Shown: in pieces, positions 37,268-51,080 of the stretch | Layout: every line of letters starts with the position of its first letter | Position numbering within the stretch: position 1 is the first letter of the stretch | NCBI GenBank assembly: GCA_028023455.1 | Contig: JAQFVV010000005.1 | Coordinates: 2,914,001 to 2,978,000 of the forward strand | Source of the DNA: Epiperipatus broadwayi | Lineage: Eukaryota > Animalia > Onychophora | Length of the DNA stretch: 64,000 nucleotides | Reading direction: 5' to 3' | Program-made: the position numbers and the translations under genes | The notes under the pieces: generated by a model | The model's input: only the letters and a program-made list of their open reading frames with translations | What the model was told of the DNA's origin: nothing | The model's database searches: none

Positions 37268-40200
37268 AATCTTTGCCTTTGATGTTGTCAGGGAACAATT
37301 AATTGCTACTAATTGAAAATCGCCCTGAGGCTAAATAAAATGTATTCACTAACATATAAGAGCTCTTGTTGGGGTTTATTGTTGAAGTATATACACATAC
37401 TAACATCACATTATGAAAACTTATAAAATACATGTAATAAAAAAATAAATTATAATAAGCTTTAAATTTCGGTATATATATAGGCAAAAATTCTAAATAG
37501 CTCACTATAGAAGGAAAATAAAAAAATTACTTTCTTAAGATAATCAATTGGTGTTGGTGTTATTTTCTTTGTTTTTTTTCTTAATCTTTTTGATAAAATA
37601 GGTTGACAACTATTTGTTAATTTTCTTTTTTCTCTTATCACAACTAATTAATGTAACTTCTTTTTTATATCTTTCCACCATTGTTTTTATGGTAACGTCT
37701 CTTTTTAACTTTTTTATTATCTAATACCTCCGAAATTTTTTATCAGAATTTTACAAGTATATTATTTCTGCTTATCCAAATATTTTTCCAAACTTTCATT
37801 ATTTTACAAGACATTATAACAATATAATTTCCCCCATTTATATATATATATATTACACTGCTTGGGACTTAGCTGTTTAAAATCAAATTTAGTTGCTTAG
37901 AATCAAATGTATTCTGACATTCTATTAACAACTATATTTTTAACGGGTTTAGTAAGTGCAGCTATCTTTGAGTTTATAGAAAAAGAGTGATTTTTTGAGT
38001 TCACAATAACTTTGTATTAGAAAGCATGGCAATATTTTCATTTCATAGAACAATCAACCTACAAAAGAATTGAGTAATAAAATGTTATATTAGATCGTAG
38101 TAGAAGCAGACTTCTAAGATATTTTTTTTATCAAATAATCTTTTTCAGCATTTTCTGTTACTAAAGTCGTTAATATGCAATATTCAAAGAAATAAATAAT
38201 ACTATATATAATAACAGAATAACATTAATAACAATCTTCTCATGTTAATAGTAACAATTACAAATATAATTGAATGTGTTATTATTCAAGAATTCATAAA
38301 TTGCCGAGAACTGGAAATGGGAAAGAGCTAAATTCATCTCTTTACTAACGCACTAAACTATGCAGAGATATTGACAATCAAAGAAATTGGAAAATAAAAG
38401 AAAGCTTTTATATTTATTGCCAAATATTTATGTCATTCCACCAGCTAAAATTAATTGTTAAATATCTTAGAAAAATTCAAATTTTATTTAAAATATATTT
38501 GATTGTTAATAATAGCATGCAGATTTGTAGTACGTAATAACATTTTGAATGGTATTTTCCTTTCTTCTTCAGGTGTTGCTGTCCTGACCAATAATAACAG
38601 TAGTATAAGAATTGAACCTGGACTTGTAGATTTATTAATATTGAATTTAAAGTGAAACTTTAGTCTCGTTGATTAGAGCTTCACCTTAAATTCAACATTC
38701 ACAAATCTAAAGATCCAGGTTCGATTCTTAAGCTAGTGTGATCATTGATCAGGCAAACAGCAATTAAAACAAGAGGAGAATACCACTCAAAATATTGCAT
38801 TACATTCCGACATGTACCAATATGTGCTATATGTACGATATCGCTATTAGTTAAATGTATTTAAATATTTAGATTGTCTGAATTTTTCTAAAGACATTTA
38901 ACAATTAACCTTAGAGGATGAAATTAATCCAAAATGCATTTATTATTAGAATATCACCATCACAAACTTCCAGACAAACTATATTATATAGGTTTATATA
39001 TTTCAGAGTAATTTAAAAAACATTTACATCCCTTAAATATTGAAAATATTAGATTTCTACAAAGATTTTATTACGGATGGCAGACTGTAAATGGGAGAAC
39101 TGATCAAGTTGGCTTGTATTAACCGTAGCTGGAATCTTTACCCTTGTAGAGTTAATGCACTGCTAGAGTGATAGACTTTATTGCTTAAGTTTCTTTGATC
39201 ACAGCTAGCTTTGTCGCTTTCAGAATTGAACTTCTAATTAATAAATCCATTTGATTATTATATTGCAATTAGGGTTTGAAGCTATGGTAGAATAGATGAC
39301 TCTGGAATTCAAACTTATTATAAAATTAATGAGTAATAAATACATTTGTTATTAATTTTTATTTTCATAAGCTTTTTTCAGTATTCATACAATCACATCC
39401 CTAGTTTCTTGGGAGGTCATGCATTGTTCACTACCCGAATGATAGAGTGAACTTTGTATCCAGCAAGTCATCATCTCCAAAGGCTGTTATTTTACCGTTG
39501 TTTCAAAGCATAGTATATCATTTTACATTATATGGATGTAAGCAGATTTTCTGCTTGTATCAGTAAAATTTGGTAACATTTTTTTTCTAATTTTGTAATT
39601 TATATCATTGTGTTTAGTTTGCTATGAAAAATTTAAAAAAATAATAATAATAGTAAAAATATATATAAATGACATTTTTTATCATCAAAAATTCAATTTT
39701 AATTTTAATAATTTCTTTTGAAAATTAAACATTAAAATTTTTTATGCATTTTTGTTGATGTTTGCATTTAAATTGAAAATATTTCATTTAGAAATAAAAA
39801 GTAAAAGAAAAGTAATATAATAAATAAACATTAAATATTCCAAAGATCAAATGCTGTTTAATCAGCAGAAAGTTAATTTTCGCTCTATTATTATTATTAT
39901 TACAATTATAATTTATGATGCGTCGTTATTTTAGATTCACATATTTTTCTGCTTATATTAATTATTGAAATATGAATTCTGAATAGTTTAAAACAGTGAT
40001 AAAAAATGATCTTAGGAGCTAAAACGTCCATAGCATTTCGGCTATCACTTCCGGTGCTCGGATCTCATATGGCTTTCCAAGTGACAGACAATTCAATTAC
40101 TTACTATTATATGTACTACTAAGAATTGGATGGTTAGTTTCTTGGGAGGTTATATGTTATTCAAAAACCAACAATTACAGATAGAGTATTGACATAGAAG

Positions 40201-40613
40201 TGTTTAGTTTTCAAATCTGTTATTTTATCACTACTTTAATCTATCTGCGCATGACACTATTATAGGTAAGCAAAATATCTACACAATTTTTAGAATTAGA
40301 TAAAGCTTCAATGTTACATACGACTCACCCTATCTAAACTTCCTCATTTAAATTTTACCTGGTATTTCGTTATAAAAAGAATGTTGGATAATTCTGTAGG
40401 CTTTCATAATAATATTTTAGCCAAAATCCCATTTCAATGTACTCATGGAAGATACATATAAAATTTTGAAAAGTACATTGCTATGTACTACCTTGACTAT
40501 AGAGTTCATAAAATGAATAACTTCCACACGGAGAACAGTTTCGTTTAGGCTCTGAAGGAAAATTTTTAAAAAAAAAAATCTACCTACTTGGATTTAAATT
40601 ATTGTACCTTCAG

Positions 40614-40655
40614 ACATCAACATAATTACAATCACCTAGTCGGATATATATGTAG
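40614..40655 (+). CDS. Candidate exon (HQHNYNHLVGYIC) of an unidentified plus-strand gene
   Basis: gtaccttcAG acceptor, AG|gtaatg donor. Only one frame is open and its phase fits the next exon. Confidence 0.35.
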
Positions 40656-40836
40656 GTAATGAATATACAATAAAATATTGAAACAATTCTAAGTAGCCAT
40701 TGTAAGACAAAAGATTTTTTAGGATTTCTTCACAGAAGAATATTGAAAAAGTACGATATTACTTTTTAAGCTAACAAACTGTCTGTGAATGAAAGTTTTG
40801 TACGTTTTTGCTTTTATCGGTGAATCTTTCATCTAG

Positions 40837-40915
40837 CTCATTCCTATCACAATCACCCATAAGCCCAGAATTCAGACCAGCCTTTCATACTATAAATACC
40901 TTAGAAACATTACAT
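40837..40915 (+). CDS. Candidate exon (SFLSQSPISPEFRPAFHTINTLETLH)
   Basis: ctttcatctAG acceptor, |gtatgt donor. Ends in phase 0, matching the next exon. Confidence 0.45.
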
Positions 40916-41176
40916 GTATGTTTTGAAGCATATTTTTTAAAAATGGTTAGACTTAAATTCATACATATATATTTAAATATATTTCAAACTTCTACTCTAT
41001 CGGACCCATTGCTGCAACATATAATCAAAAACATGCTAAAAAGGACAAAAAATCCCCAAGATGTGCATTTCATGCTGATATCTATTTCCATAAAAATACA
41101 AAGTTTTACCTGTATTTGAACCTTAGTCCAATCAAACATTAATATTGTTCGATTTTATATCAGACTTATTTTACAG

Positions 41177-41248
41177 TCGCTTGTTAATTCTTCAGATAAA
41201 GAAAAAATAGACTTGAAAGGCTTGAATCTACTGACAATAATACTTAAT
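41177..41248 (+). CDS. Candidate exon (SLVNSSDKEKIDLKGLNLLTIILN)
   Basis: cttattttacAG acceptor, |gtaagt donor. 72 nt, phase 0-0, open. Confidence 0.5.
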
Positions 41249-43198
41249 GTAAGTATTATGATTTTCTGTAAAACCTGAATTGGGCATCCAACCTGCATGC
41301 TACATTAGGATAAAGCAACCTTTTAAATATATAGACCATTTAAGAAACAAATACTTTCTTAATAACTGCTCATAGAAGAATAATGAAAGAGAACACAGCA
41401 CTCATCATGAATGCCTATTGCTGAGTAATGAGAATTTGAATGATTTCTCATCTTTGATCTGTTCTATTATTTAGAAATGACTAGACGCATTTGGTTTTTA
41501 TTTTTAGTTGTATTGGCTATGGAATAACTATATGAGAGAAAAATTCTAAGCTTATTAAAAATCACTTGACCAAATTTGAATCTTAAGTCATAGCCATGAC
41601 AGTTAGAGATACATTACATCTGCATCATGAGACATTGCATAATAAAATTGCATAAATTATAAATTATCTGAAGATTGTCTAGAAAATATATTATAAAAAA
41701 AAAACTAAAAAGTTAAAATCTGGATCTTTGTATAAAATCAATTTAGAGATTAATTAATAATACTGGCAAATCAATTTCTAAAATTAATTTAAAGAGATAC
41801 AACTTTTAAGTTTTATCATGAAAATCAGAGTATAAGAGAATGAGGTTATAAATTTTCTAAAGATGATAATCATTAGCTTATAATTTAATTTTCATAGTAA
41901 AATTTAATGTAATGCTTTTAAACCTAATTTGAAAATTCATTCACCATAAAATACTAATATATGAAGTTTTATCTCATCATTTTAATATTTTTGGCTCCCA
42001 AAGAATTACAAATTCTAAAAATTTATAGAACAGAAATGAACTGACTACTATATGCACATCACTTATGACACTACAATAAAAAAATGTTTAAAAGTTAAAG
42101 GTAATATATTGGCATAATTTAAATGCACTTTTAAGAAATAAATAAATTTAAATTCATTACTCTTAGACATTTTTTTATACATTTACTTGATACAAATTTG
42201 ATATAGTAATGATACGTGAAATGATAATCATTAAAAAATAATTATAAAGTATTCTTATATTTGTTGTTTAATTTTTGCTTTAAAAAATCAAAACAAAAAG
42301 ATAAATTCATTACCTATTTTCATATGCTTGATTATGAAAAAAATGTGCATTTACAGTTTACAGAAAATGTCATAAAAAGTGGTCATTTTTGTGCATACTT
42401 TCAGCAACTGTTCTTAAATAATTTGACCATTTAATGGAAATTCTTATTCTGTTGAAATATTTTGAAAATAAATGATTAATCAAGAATTACAAACTTTTTA
42501 ATTTTTGTCTTTTCCAATTGAAAATAAATACAATAATCATATATGACTTTTTTAAACTGTTCAACTTTTAAAAATAAAAAAGGACCTGTAAATAAAAAAA
42601 ATTTTAAATGTCAAATTAGAGAGAGGTCTTTTTACCCAAATATTAAACTAGTACCATATATTTTTTTTAACTGAAAATAAAATTTTAGCATAGAATCATT
42701 TTTATAATTTCAGATAATATATAGAATTACAAGTCAACACATATAGATAAATTTTTCATAAAAGAGTATGTTTCAGATATTATCTTCTTTGGTCATGTGA
42801 TTCGCCTTTTTATTAAGACTAATGTAATAGTATACAGTATTTAAAACTGTTGCCACATTTTTAATTGCTTCTGTTTTGCAATGTATATTTAACAGAAAAT
42901 TCTATTTATTTATTTTTTTTTGATTTTATATGTAAAGTACAGTTGAGAATCAATAAGTATTGTACTCATGTAGCAAAGTAATTAAACAATATGTCTTAAT
43001 TTCTGTAAAGTATTCAGCATGAAAATAAGTGCTATCTTCAAATTATAATCTTTGTGTATATATTTTGTGATGTCATTTTAGCTGATATAAAAATTGAAAA
43101 GTAGAGATTTTAAATACATGAGTTTGGAATATTAGTAGTTTATCATATACACACTTATATATATATATATAATTTAATATTTTTAATTGTTGTTTTAG

Positions 43199-43234
43199 GT
43201 GAAAATATTTGATGTGTGGAGTTATCCTTTATAA
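43199..43234 (+). CDS. Candidate terminal coding exon (VKIFDVWSYPL*)
   Basis: Strong ttttaattgttgttttAG acceptor. Phase 0 follows from the 41177-41248 exon and gives the longest reading before a stop. Confidence 0.25.
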   Translation: MKIFDVWSYPL

Positions 43235-43451
43235 TTACTTAATTAGAGAACACATTACCTGGAACAGTAACTAATGAACGACAATTGCTCTAGGTCAAGA
43301 ATTAAAGTAAAACTGTCAGTATGATCCTTTTGAATGCAATTAGCCTAACAGTTTTACTTTAATTCTAGACTGGGGACAGTTAGTTTTCATTACCTACTGT
43401 TATAGGTAAAGTGCTTTCTAATTAAGCAATTATAAATGGATAACTCTCCAC

Positions 43452-43453
<2 letters not shown>

Positions 43454-43514
<61 letters not shown>
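43454..43514. repeat. (TA)n microsatellite, about 30 units
   Basis: Direct reading. Confidence 0.99.
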
Positions 43515-43519
<5 letters not shown>

Positions 43520-46500
43520 GTGCCAATAGCCATCTGGTCATGATACATAAATTTTACCATTAATTATAGTTAATTATATTTAAATTATTGAATAGCATAT
43601 TGATTGGAAGGCTGTACGAATTTATTATTAATCTATCAAATAATTTTATCTTTATCCATTGAATGGAGTTTATTTACAATTTGTAGGTATATTTATCATC
43701 AATATACTATATGTTTTATTTCTGCTTTCATTCATTGTGCATATAAGAACTTAGACTATAATAATAAGAGAATTACTTTTATAATCTAAATGTGTGTTTC
43801 TTTGATAAAATATGGTTGATATTTTATTGGTTTATTTAAGCTTTGACCAGGCTGTGGTGACATCATTAATACATAAATACTAATAAATGTGGTATTAAAG
43901 TATATGTAAATGAAAAAAATCTGACCAACTTCCATTGCATGAAAATGTGTGCATCATGCATGCATCAAAATGGTGCAGCACTTCACTCTAAGCCTGGAAT
44001 TTAAATAAGCTTCCCTTCTCTAACATGTGCAGTAATTAGGTTTAATTTCAAATTCAAGCTAACTAAATGATAAAAATAGTAGATTGAATTTATGTTTAAA
44101 TAAACATTGATAATGGGCAACACTTTATTCATAAATAATAAATGATATTAATTATTTATACATATTTTAATAAATATGTTATTAAAGTACATTTAAATAA
44201 AAGAAAGCTGCAACATTCATTGGCTTAAAAATATAAATGTATATATCACATTTTATTATCAAGAAAATGAAAATAAAATGGTACACTGTTTTCCTCAAAG
44301 CCTGGGATTTAAATAAGGCTTGATTTCTCTAACAAGTGGGGACATAAGATTGAATTTCAGATTCAAACCAGATTGGATTGCAAAAATGTGGGTATACATA
44401 TTTTTATTCTACAACCAATAGATAATCAGCTGTTTTCCATTCACATATACTTTGCATTTTATTTATTAAACTATTTATAATTACTTAACCTCTAATTATT
44501 ATTGGAAATGATTTATGAAATAAGATGCTGTCTTTTAGATTGTTTACTTGAGTATAAATTCAAAATACTATTTTTGCCCTTCAATCTGGGTTGATTAACT
44601 CCAATTAAAAAAAGCTATTATTTAATACTAGAGTAAAAAGTAGTTAATCTTTGGGATTATCAGTAGTGATTGATAATTTCTCTAGCAACACTATTGCTAA
44701 ACATACTTCTCCACTCTTCTTTTGGTGTTTCTGGCCTATATGTGCAGTGACAATATTCGCTAACATGTTCAACATGTTTACATGGAAATGACCCCACAAA
44801 TTACACTTTACTTTGTTTATAACATAATAAATTTATAAACATACTTAATTTAACAAATGCAACCCTCTAGGTATGATGAAATATTATCCATAAGATGTTA
44901 AAAAAGTTGTGGGTTTTCTGCATCTTCATGCTTATAAAAATAACTTTCTGAGTTTAAATTCACATAATAACTTGAATTAAAAGTAAAAGAAGAATCTCCT
45001 TTTATTTCTAAATAATTTAAAACAAAATAGCTATTATTAGATACTAGACTAAAATATATATTTAGTCTGGAGACTATCAGGAGTGATTGATGGTTTCCCT
45101 AGCAACATCACAGCTAAAAAAAATTGTAGCTTATTTACACTGACATGATATGATACTTAACTTTATTTATATGACAATAAATCCATGCATATATTTATTC
45201 TACCATATATACGTATAAGTAAAATTATTTTGAACATTGTGAATGGATCAAGAAGAAGAAGACAAGCCATTACAGTACTCATGAATGAGAATGAATAGGA
45301 GTTAGTATTAAAAGCCTGTACAAAAACAGAAGGAAGAATAGTCTTGAAGTGTTTCATATATATTGTTCTTCAGTGACAAAAGGCTGTTTAAACATATAAT
45401 GATATATATAATGCTGATTTTAAAAAGCATTTAATATGTTATATTCACAAATTTTTGCATTGTGCTATTTCAAAATGAATGTATTAATAAGTGATTTATT
45501 CCTAGAAACACAGAATAAAAGAAATATTGTATATGAAGTGCAATTAATTTATAATAATCAGGAAAAAATTACATGCAAGTCTTCCTTTTTGTCTGAAGAT
45601 AATTATAAATATGTTGTTTAGTGACCAGTGCATCATACTGTGTTTAAATTTAAGTGAAGTATATCTTAAATATTTTTAGATTACAAAAAGCTTAGAATTT
45701 CTTTTAAGGAAATAGTCTATATGCATTAAGATAACTATCAAATAAAAGTCAGTAAATTGATCTGGCCATTATTAGATGAAAGATAAAGTTTTCAGATGAA
45801 TGTTAGACAGACTGTAAAGAAATAAAAAAAATATGACCACATTATGATGCACATCTATCAGTGATGGAAAATTGTTCTCCTAAAGTGTTGAAACCATGGA
45901 TACATTTAGTTCTTCCAAATTTAAGTCTGAAAATATGAAAATGTTAACCCCATATTGTATAATTTATGTAACAGCTCCTGGGTTAAATAAAAAATGAATC
46001 CATTTTTTGGATTGTCAGACAAATATTATTATTATTTTCATTATCATCATCATCATTATTATTATTTGTTGTGATTTTAGTTTGTATTGATCCAGTCATA
46101 GCTGAAATTATATCTGGGTTATTATTTCATTATATTTTACTATTTATATGTATAAGTCTGAAAAAAGATTTAGATTAATATGTATAAAAGTTATTTTAAT
46201 GTGACAGGAGTTTTTTTTTAACATATTCATCATCTGCGTGTGTGTATATATATATTTCTTATTGAAAGTTAACTATTAGATAAATGCTTAGCTTGAGTTG
46301 GTTTTTTGAATCTGGTGTCCTAGCTCCTCACTGAAAAGAGCCCTAGCTCAAAACCAATCTGGGGATGGGGATAATTCTAGATAAAGATGATTTGAATGCC
46401 TTCTCTTGTATTAGCATTTATCATAAAAAAAAAAAAATTAAAAAAACTTGTTTAGAGCTTATTAACATGCTTAATGCAAGATATATATATATATATAAGT

Positions 46501-47041
46501 CATGTAACATCTGACTTTCTTTTATTAATATATATATATATATATATAAATAAGGGCACAACTGTGCATTGATAGTGCACATGTCTGCAACAATGATGAT
46601 CTGGATTCAAATCTGGACCAAGAAAATTTGAAAATATTTTTAACTATCTTACAATTTTTTCAAATGTTCAACCAATTTATAATCAATCCGAGTAACTATC
46701 CTTTACTGATTACTAAATAGATAAACGAATTATTTTTAGTTAGAGGAAAAAGCTAGTATAGAAAACTGCTCCAACATCCTTTCCATTAAATGACCAACAT
46801 TTTGAGTGCTCCCTTTTTTTTCATTGATAAGAATAAGTATAAATTAAATAACTAAATATTTTACAAATATAAGTTTACCGATTAAATTTCTTACCCTCAG
46901 AATTTTAGAGTGACTCAAGATACCATCCAAACATGCATCAATAAGCATTTTATTTGTAACATAGTTTTACATCTTCATTTTATCAACGCTGAAGTTGGCA
47001 ATAAGAATGTATTTTAAAGGCATAAAAATCCTAGTCTTTTT

Positions 47042-47204
47042 TATACGGGCTTGAACTCAGACTTTTATACGACCCTCAACCATCCATGCTATCTCATACC
47101 GCTGATACACTTGATCACATACATGTCGTGATCAAGTGCATCAGTGGTATGAGATAGCAAGGATGGTTGAGGGTCGTGTGAAAGTCTGAGTTCAAATCCG
47201 TATA
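47042..47204. repeat. Long imperfect palindrome, arms about 77 bp, 9-nt loop
   Basis: tatacgggcttgaactcagact...cttgatcac / gtgatcaag...agtctgagttcaaatccgtata. GC-richer than the flanks. Confidence 0.9.
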
Positions 47205-49330
47205 TATTACATATAGTAGTGCAGGTATGAAAAAGCCTGTGCTGTATAAAAAATTCATAGTCTTATTTATGCAGTTTCACAAAAAGATCATTAAATTCAA
47301 ATGTTAAGCTAAAATAAAATAATTTTGATGCTGAGATATTCTATATATTCTATTAAATAATATATCAAGTAAGATATTAAAACTAAGTACAATAAAGAAT
47401 ATTATTAATATTATGCTACTGAAAGATAAAATAGTCTTATATTATGATAGAATAATTATTTTGACTTTGTTTCTAAAATAATGAAAAAGAAAGGTTAATG
47501 GACCATTTCTTATGCAATTGTTCGGTACACTTTGAGATTCCTAAATTGGATCCTTTTTTTCCATCATTTTTTTATATTTTCAAAATTTCCATGAGATGTA
47601 ATACAAAATATTAATTTTTCAGAAAACGTTAAATGTTTCTATGCATAATAAGGCAACGTTTCTAAAAACCTGTTAGCCAAGGTAAACATTCTAACTGAAA
47701 ACTTCTTACATAATTGTGAAATCATTTATTTCTCCCATTTATTAATCTATTCCAGTTTACTATTATCAAACGAATGTGCTATTCATTGGCGGTTTTGTTT
47801 ACCTCATCGTTTTATCCCATTTAAATAAAATACTTATCTTTGGATCTAATAATATCATATATATATATATTAAACAACGCCCCATCAATATTTACGACTC
47901 TAGTCAAATAGTCGATTAATTATTCTCAAAGTTAATATCTAGTTATCATATCAATGGAAAGAGAATTGAAAAAAAAAGGATAAATATTTGAAAAGAGTGA
48001 GAAAAGATAACGAAACTATATCAATGAAATTAATAGAATCACTTTCTGATTAAAATGAATGAAAATTAATTTAATAAAGTCTGCAACCAGATTAGACCTA
48101 TATTTTCACTTAAAGTATGAATAATTAGATTAAATTTATCTTATTATTGTGAAAGATGATATGGTTAGAAAAGTATATAATGCTTGAAAAGATTAGCTGT
48201 AAAAGAAGATAAGAACAACCAGCAGAGAGATGGACGTAATTCACCATTAAATTAAAAAATGTGATAATAAGAATTTGAAAATCCAAAAATATATTTTGCT
48301 CCGGAGAAATGCCATTTATGTGATTCCTGCAAACTAGCCTCGATTTGATAGTTCTCATAATGCTAACAACAATAATAAAAACGAAGAAAATAGCAGAAAG
48401 TGGGCAGATTTCTTTTTTATAAATTAAATTAGCTAGTTTATAATATAATATATATATTTTTTTTTTCAGGTGATTTTTTTTTCCTTTCAGAGAATAAAAA
48501 ATAATGATAATAATAAAGACTCATAACTTTTAATGATGTTTAATAATAATAATAATAAAAGTTAGTGAATAATTTTAGTCTAAGTTTAAAAGAACATTAT
48601 TTATCAGCGCTTTCCCCACAGCTATTCAGGAAAATGAATTAATCTCAGAATTCTCCTAAGGAAGTAGTTAAACTTCGAAAATTTATTAATATATATCTTT
48701 TTTGACTATTTATAGGAGAGAACACATTTTAATGATTTCCATTTTCGTTGCCACAGGAGAGAAAGATAATTACCATATCATTATGAAGTCGAGTCTTTTA
48801 AATCAGAATTTTTGATATAAAATTTATGGTAAATATTTTATATTAATCTTATTTGTTTGCCTTAATCATTAAAATAAAAGAACAATATTTAGAAGAAAAA
48901 AAGATTTAAATTATATATATATATAAGTGATATTAAACCAAAAGAAAAAATGTCCAATTATATTTCAGACAACGATTAGACCATTTTCAGAAATAGCGAT
49001 CCATGATCCATTACTCTATTGCTATCATCAAAGCTATTTTTTATTAATTACTAACACGACTTTGTTTTTGTAATAAATCTAATAGATTAATTAATAAGAG
49101 ATAAAAATAAATTACAAACTGTTCCCAAGTAAAGGATGAAATTGCAGGTTGGTATTTTTATTTATAGCCAGTGGCTAGATCTTAATTTACAGTTTAATAT
49201 CAGATGATTAGTTTACTTTGTAATACACACACACATATACATAGAATAAATCGAAAACGAAATACATGGGTAAGAGAACAAACAAATGTTATTGATATCA
49301 TTGAAAGAATTAAATGACTAAAGTGGAGTT

Positions 49331-49437
49331 TTTTTTTTTAAGTGTCATAGCATCAGCCGGGACGCGAACCCGCAACCCGGGCAACTGCCTGCAAGTGCAA
49401 GACAGTCGCGCTGACCTCTCGACCACCAATGCAAGAC
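49331..49437 (-). mobile_element. tRNA-Gly-derived SINE (least decayed copy, CpGs retained)
   Basis: Reverse complement: gtcttgcattggtggtcgagagg...gggttcgcgtcccggctgatgctatgacac plus an A tail. TSD GACTAAAGT(G/T)GAGTT at 49316-49330 and 49438-49452. Confidence 0.92.
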
Positions 49438-50007
49438 GACTAAAGTTGAGTTGGATGGGATATATTGCTGGAAGAGATGATAATAGATGAACAGTTGAAC
49501 TCTTAAATCGTATTCCAAGAGATTGTAGAAGACCGAGAAAGAGACCACATGTGAGATATATGGATAAATTAAGGAAGTGTGCTAGGGTGATAGAGCTAGA
49601 GATCAGAGAAGTTGGATTAAACTTAGAGTTACCTTCTTCTTGAAGTGGATTGCTAATGGTTAAAAATGATAATGATATTCTTTTAATTTTAATAACCATT
49701 GTTACATTTTCATTTACCATTGTCAAACTTCCTCCACTCACAACTTTGACGCCATCCATTTCAGATAAATACAATAATGGCTATTACTAATCAATATAGA
49801 AACTAGAGATTATCTCTAGCACAGATAAAAACTTGAAACTTCAGTTTAAGATTAATATATCTGATTTTTTATTTATTTTACATACACGGAGTTGTTAACC
49901 TTTCTCTTTCCCATGTGTAATATTTTATAGATATAATAAAAACCTCCATACTTACCCATTCTTTTTAAATTCATTTAAATAAAGATATAATAAAAGACAA
50001 ATGACCC

Positions 50008-50047
50008 CCAAGATGCATTTCGTGCTGAACCAGAACTCATCAGTTGG
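50008..50047 (-). ncRNA. Minimal type I hammerhead ribozyme (left twin)
   Basis: Reverse complement: ccaa CTGATGA gttctg gtt cagcac GAA ATGCAT C ttgg. Confidence 0.8.
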
Positions 50048-50089
50048 CCCAGCTGATGAGTGCTGGTTCAACCCGAAATGCATCTTGGG
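50048..50089 (+). ncRNA. Minimal type I hammerhead ribozyme (right twin)
   Basis: cccag CTGATGA gtgctg gtt caaccc GAA ATGCAT C ttggg. The consensus of both twins gives a perfect stem II GTGCTG/CAGCAC, palindromic stem III ATGCAT and an AUC site. Confidence 0.8.
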
Positions 50090-51080
50090 GGTTATTTGTC
50101 TTTTATTATATTTTTATTTAAGTGAATTTAAAAAGAATGGAGGAAGTATGGAGGTGTTTATTATATTTAATAACCATATAAATAAACAATGGCTGATATA
50201 TATGCAGTATTAATAATAATATTTTAAAGAATTATAAACCCTGAATGTGATTATCCGTAATAAATATTTACAAGATAGTTTATTTAGAATCATTTCATAA
50301 ACTTGAATATAATCTCACTCTGACTACTTTTTATCTAACTAGTGAATTACCAGAAATATTATTATTTGCACATTTATTAAATAGTTCTAGATAATCTAAA
50401 TTGTAAATGAATATTCAGATTCATAATTCTTAACAATATTATATATAAATAAAAAATCAATCAAATCCCAGATTTATAATAATATAGTTCTCATGTTAAA
50501 ATATATTATATCGTAAATATTCACCACCATAAAGATATCAGACTATCTTCTCTCACTCACTCTATATGTATTTTAAGAACAAATCTTATCGTCAATTCAT
50601 TTAGTTTGTTTGAAATCCTAAACTACATAACGATAGAACAATTTTCTTATTCATATTCTAAAGCTTGAACATACAATCAGCTGTAAACATCCATATGAGT
50701 TTAATCTGTTAATCTAACATCATTTTAATACTGTTCTTAAAATTCATGTCTAATTATAATACATTTTAATGTAAGTTCACTGCTATAGATCTGGTTAGAT
50801 AAATGTTTCTTAAAAGCAGGAATTATGCACAAAAACACGCGCACACACATATATTTTCGTATCATCATTAATGCTTTATATAGATAGATTGTTTTTTTAA
50901 TGGCATATTCATTAAATTTAATTTAAAAATTTAATGTATTTTACTAAATTTATTAGACATAAATTAATATTCAATACTATAGTTGCAAAACAAAAAGAAA
51001 TAAAATAGTATTTATTTAAATAAATTTTAGGGAATAATTTAAGTAAATTTTTCTGAAGGTTTGTGCTGATGGTATTTTAG

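Larger units (their letters stand above)
49931..50216. mobile_element. Head-to-head twin-hammerhead mini-insertion (palindrome with arms of about 118 bp)
   Basis: Arms 49931-50047 and 50048-50166 with no spacer, each carrying a hammerhead reading outward plus an AT-rich tail. Candidate TSD TAATATTTTA(T/A)AG at 49918-49930 and 50217-50229. Confidence 0.78.

Noticed and set aside
41150-41200. Minus-strand CTGAAGA...GTC resembling a hammerhead
   Set aside because: No GAAA, stem II or stem I pairing, and it overlaps a better-supported plus-strand exon candidate.
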